This document shows, in pieces, positions 59,561-64,000 of a DNA stretch of 64,000 nucleotides. The translations under genes were made by a program, and so were the position numbers. The stretch lies in NCBI RefSeq assembly GCF_009914755.1, contig NC_060928.1. One strand, 5' to 3'. Position 1 is the first letter of the stretch. Each line of letters opens with the position of its first letter. The notes under the pieces are model-generated. The model did not search any database. It was not told the origin of the DNA and saw only the letters and a list, made by a program, of their open reading frames with translations. Source of the DNA: the human T2T-CHM13v2.0 reference genome, Homo sapiens.

Positions 59561-60209
59561 ATTGGTACTGTTTTTATATTTGGCCATTAAACCATGCTTA
59601 TTTTCTCCACATTATCTGTTTCCCTACTCTGAACCTATCAATTAAAAAGAATATCCAAGTCTCTATGTTTTTGCCTATAAAATAACTGGATTAGACTTGG
59701 TGAGTTTTAGGGTTTCTTTCATCTTTATAATTATGTAGAACTTTGTTTAAGGAAGTGGGTACCATCCGTATACAGATTTTCCAAGTCAACTTAGTGTATA
59801 TAAGTATTTCATATCATCTCTTCCTCTCTTCAAATGTTCAGTACTTCCTCCCTTTCTCTCTTAATTCAAAGAGAAAATAGAAAAATCAGAAAGAGCTCTA
59901 CATATTTTATCAGTAAACACACCAACATATCTGTTTCTATGTCCATACGCTATAGGCCCTCCGATCCTATTCCCATTTAAGCCCATGTCTCACTGTGCAC
60001 TGCATTTCATCCCCTTGTGTCCTCAGCAGTTTTTCTTATCAGTTATGCCAATCAGATAGCAAAAATTCTAAGGTGACTTTCACTTTTTAAAATCCTCCCT
60101 TACCTCACTTAGCCCTACACCGACCACGCCATTTACGTGCTCCCCTTTAACAAAACTCCTTAGATATTCATGACTTCATCTTCTCTTCCTCTACTTTCTT
60201 CTTCCAATC

Positions 60210-61110
60210 TTTTGTTTAAAATTACCCATTTTTTAAAGTTGTAAAAGTAGTATAATGAATACCCATGTAGCCTTCATATAGAATCACCAGTTTTTACTAT
60301 TTTGCCTTACCTTCCCTCTTTATCTGACATACACATTTTTCTTCAACCATTTGAGAGTTCCTTGCAGACATCATAACATTTCACCGCAAAATACTTCAAC
60401 GTGTGTCTCCTAAGAAAAAGGGCATTCTCTTATATAATCACAAGCCAATTATCACCTACAGGAAATTTGACATCAATATAATAATGTTATGGAATACACT
60501 GCCTGTATTGAAATTCTCCCAATTGTTCAATAGCGCTCTCACTCTCTTTGAATATGCAATAACCAATCAAAGATAGGCATTGTTTTTAGTTGTCATATAT
60601 CTTAAGTATCCTTTAATATAGGATCCTGTCCTATAAAATTTGTTTTGTCTTTCTTAACTTTAACATTTTGAAAAAGAATCTATTCTAGGTATTTTACAGA
60701 ATGTTCTCAATTTGGATTTATCTATTTCCTCTATTAGATGAAAATTAAACTATTGGCAAGACTGCAACAGAATGACTCAAATATTTTGGCCAGCATACTA
60801 TAGAGCTAATGGTGTATGCCTTGAGTATACCACAGCAGGGAGCACATGGTATCAGTTTGACACATTGTTTGTGATATTAGGTTTGATCACTTGGTTGATA
60901 TGGTGTCTGTCAGATTTCTTCATTGTAAGAATACCGGTTTCCCTTTGTAATAATAGTCTCTGAGGAGCTACTTTGAAACCATCGTGTTCTCCAGTAAGTT
61001 TTCCTCAATGGTTTTAGCATCCGTTGATGATTTCTATGCAAATCAGTTATTACAACGGTCATTATTAAATGGTGATTTTTGTATTTCTATTATGCCTTGT
61101 ACATGTATCA
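60210..61110 (-). mobile_element. L1MC/ME 3' end
   Basis: 'caaccatttgagagttccttgcagacatcat', 'atacttcaacgtgtgtctcctaagaaaaagggcattctc'. Confidence 0.7.
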
Positions 61111-61781
61111 GTTTTCCTTCTTCTCTCTTGATCCTATGATAATCAGACCTCTGTCCCATCATTCTAACAAAACTGCTGTTGTCAAGGTTACTAATGACTT
61201 CTGTTTACTAAATATAATAGACTAGTCTCAGTCCTTATCTTATTTGGTGTATCAGCTGCATTTGACAAAGTTGATCATTTTTCTCTTGAAATACCCCTTG
61301 GTTTGCTTCTGAGAAACCAGTAGAATAACCCCTTATCAGTCTCCTTATCAGCTTCCAAATCTCTAAACATTGAAAAACTCAGGGCTTAGTCCTTATACCT
61401 CCACTGCAAAACAATATATGGCAGTTTGATTCTTTCTAATTGCTCAGGCTCAGAACTCTAGAGTTATCCCTGTCTCTTTATTTTACTCTCTACATCAGTC
61501 CATCAGCAAATTCTGTCAGCTCTGTTTTTAAAATATGTTTCAAGTCAAATCACTTCTCACTACCTCCACTGCTGTATCTTAATCTAAGCAACTATCATGT
61601 CTAGCCTTGACTATTTCAGTAGTGACCTAGTTAGACTTCCTATTTAAGTCAAATAATGTCCCCAAATCCATCTAATTCAAAATAAAATCCAAAGTTTCCA
61701 CATAGATTAAAAAGCTTTGCATACTGTAGCCCCTGGCTACTTCTTTGATCTTCTCTTCTGCGGTCTGGAATTCACTAACTG

Positions 61782-62502
61782 CAGCAGTCCTCCCTTATTT
61801 GCAGTTTCGCTTTCTGTGGTTTAGTTACCCGCAGTCAACTGTGGCCCAAAAATATTAAATGAAAAATTCCAGAAATAAACAATTTATAACTTTTAAATAG
61901 CACATCATTCTAAGTAGCATGATGAAATCTGGCACAATCCCACTGCGTTCTGCCTGGGACATGAATCATTCCTTTGCCCAGCAAATCCACACTGTGTACA
62001 CTACTAGCCTGATGGTCACTTAGTAGCTATCTTGATGATCAGATCGACAGCTGCAATATTGCAGTGCTTGAGTCCAAATTTTACTTAATAATGGCTCCAA
62101 AGCACAAAAGTAATGATGCTGACAGTTTGGATATGCCGAAGAGAAGCTATAAAGTGCAAGCATTAAGTGAAAAAGTAAAAGTTATTGACTTAATAAGGAC
62201 AGAAAAAACTCATATGCTGAGATTGCTAAGATCTGTGGTAAGAACACATCTATCCATGAAATTATGAAGAAGGGAAAAGAATCCATTCTAGGTTTGCTGC
62301 CATACCTCAAGCTGCAAAAATTATGGCCATTTCAGTGTCTTTTAAGTGTTTGGTTAAGATGGAAAAGTCCTTAAATTCATGGGTAGAAGACATGAGCAGA
62401 AATGTGGTCTGATTGATGGCAGTCGGGTTCAATACTATCTGAGGTTTCAGTCATTCACTGAAGGTCTTAGAATGCATCCCCAAGGATAAGGGGAGACTAC
62501 TG
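61782..62502 (+). mobile_element. MER44 (Tigger7-derived) element retaining the transposase N-terminus
   Basis: Termini cagcagtcctcccttat / ataaggggagactactg+ta; ORF 62064-62267 MAPKHKSNDAD..KRSYKVQALSEKVKVIDLI resembles a CENP-B/pogo N-terminal HTH. Confidence 0.88.
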
Positions 62503-64000
62503 TATACTTGTTATTCTCTTTGTTTGGAAAACTCTTCCCCTAGATAATCCATACACCTTACTCTCTCACTTTATTCAGATCTCAATGTCACCTTATTAGA
62601 GAGGCCCTTTCAGGTCAGCCTATCTGTAATACGTTTACTCTTCCTTGCTCTTTCTCCCCTTTCTAATTTTTCTTTTTAACCCCTAATATAGTATATTTAT
62701 TTGTTTTGTGTGTATCACCTATCTACCCCCACTGGAATGTGTACTCCATGGCAGCAAGGACTGCAATATACCCAACCCTTAAAACAGTGCCTAGCACATC
62801 TTAAGCACCTAATAAATATTTGTTAAATTAACTGTTGAAATTCTTAGTATTCTATTAATGACGACAAGTAAAGACAGGTTGGTTTTTTTTTTTCCACTTT
62901 CAATGTAAGTCTTAATTTTATACCTGGTCTTTTTTCCTCCTAAGACATTGTTTACATTGTCTCAAAGTATACTGCAGTGAGAAATTGTGTTTTTCTAGGT
63001 TGTATAAATTAATGGGTTATTTATAGTGTTGCTGCTGCTACTACTAATCCCAGTATGTTTTTCTCAGTATTTGGATATGATTCCTTAAAAGGTAACAAAT
63101 TTCTTAGATGCTAACCTAGTTTTTTTTATTATAAATAATAGCACAAAGTCTTTTATTAAATCATTCATTTATGAATTTTAAAGGCCATCAATACAAAGTA
63201 TTTATTTTACTGCCCTACATAATTCTCTAGGAAGTCTACCTGTCTTATATTGGCTAATGAAGGGAGAAAGTTCTAACTTCTCTGTATTGAATTAAAAGTA
63301 AAACTAGCCACATGTTTATAAGATTAAACTAATGCAAAATTTTAACTCACCAACATCGCCCTGGTATTTTTTTTCTTCTATTTATTTGGTTTCTCTGTGT
63401 ATCATATATATGTGGGATTTAAATAATAGGAAGAAATATATAAGACCTCAAGTCTGATTTTAGCAGTTCTTGGTTTGTTTGAACGAGTGAGGAAATTATC
63501 ATGCTTGTTTTGTGGGTATGCAGATACACAAATGTTACTTATAAATGCCCTCATGCTACCATGTCTGTGTCTCTAACATCAGGGGATGGATTTCAGAGAA
63601 GATAATGAGGTGTTTATATTCTGTTTTTTTACTGGGTATCCAGAAATGTTAAATTTTAAGCATTATCTTCAAGAGTTCTCATACACAATTAGCTATTTCA
63701 TTATAAAATTAAATGATTGATTTTAACGGTGAACACTACTTATGACTTTATGTTCTCAGGATATTTTTAAAGTTTACATTGTATATGTCATGTTGTTTTC
63801 CTATGTTAATTTTCAAGAAGACATATTATAATAACTAATATATTTGAACTTTTAAACATCATTTTTGTAGCTCTCAATTTCAAGGAATAAAAATTATTTT
63901 GGTGCCTTTTATTCCTTTATGTTAATATTACCTTCTCAGTGACAGGAGCCCAAGTAGCATATAACTGAGTTTTGCATTTTAAGTAATTTCTGGAGGTCCC

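Larger units (their letters stand above)
59790..62830 (+). mobile_element. Long L2 remnant interrupted by L1M (~60210-61110) and MER44
   Basis: 'aaactgctgttgtcaaggttactaatgactt', 'catttgacaaagttgatca', 'ccatcagcaaattctgtcagctct', 3' end 'cagtgcctagcacat..aataaatatttgttaaat'. Confidence 0.75.

Overview
AT-rich primate (most likely human) non-coding DNA, about half of it recognisable interspersed repeats. I found no intact protein-coding gene. Every ORF with recognisable homology is repeat-derived (Alu, L1, Tigger, LTR); the others resemble no protein I know. Main elements: a full-length but dead L1PA7/8-type LINE-1 on the minus strand (~23.5-29.9 kb), a full-length decayed Tigger1 (50.4-53.0 kb), 14 Alus, solo LTRs (THE1 x3, MST x2, MLT1 x2, MER21, MER57), Tigger- and hAT-derived MITEs, old L1M/L2/MIR fragments, and a 35-nt tailless U2 snRNA retrocopy with a target-site duplication (TSD). 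A T-rich plus strand (judged by eye), antisense primate L1s and several strong plus-strand splice signals suggest a long intron of a plus-strand gene; this is inference and I could not identify the gene. The most notable unexplained structure is a near-perfect (211/212) inverted copy of 6873-7084 inserted at 8841-9052 inside a MER21 LTR, with patchwork junctions. The donor copy contains a well-formed candidate 21-nt microexon, which the inverted copy could mask as dsRNA. I see no evidence of a new gene system. Repeat subfamily names come from recalled consensus sequences, not a database search, and boundaries of old elements are approximate.
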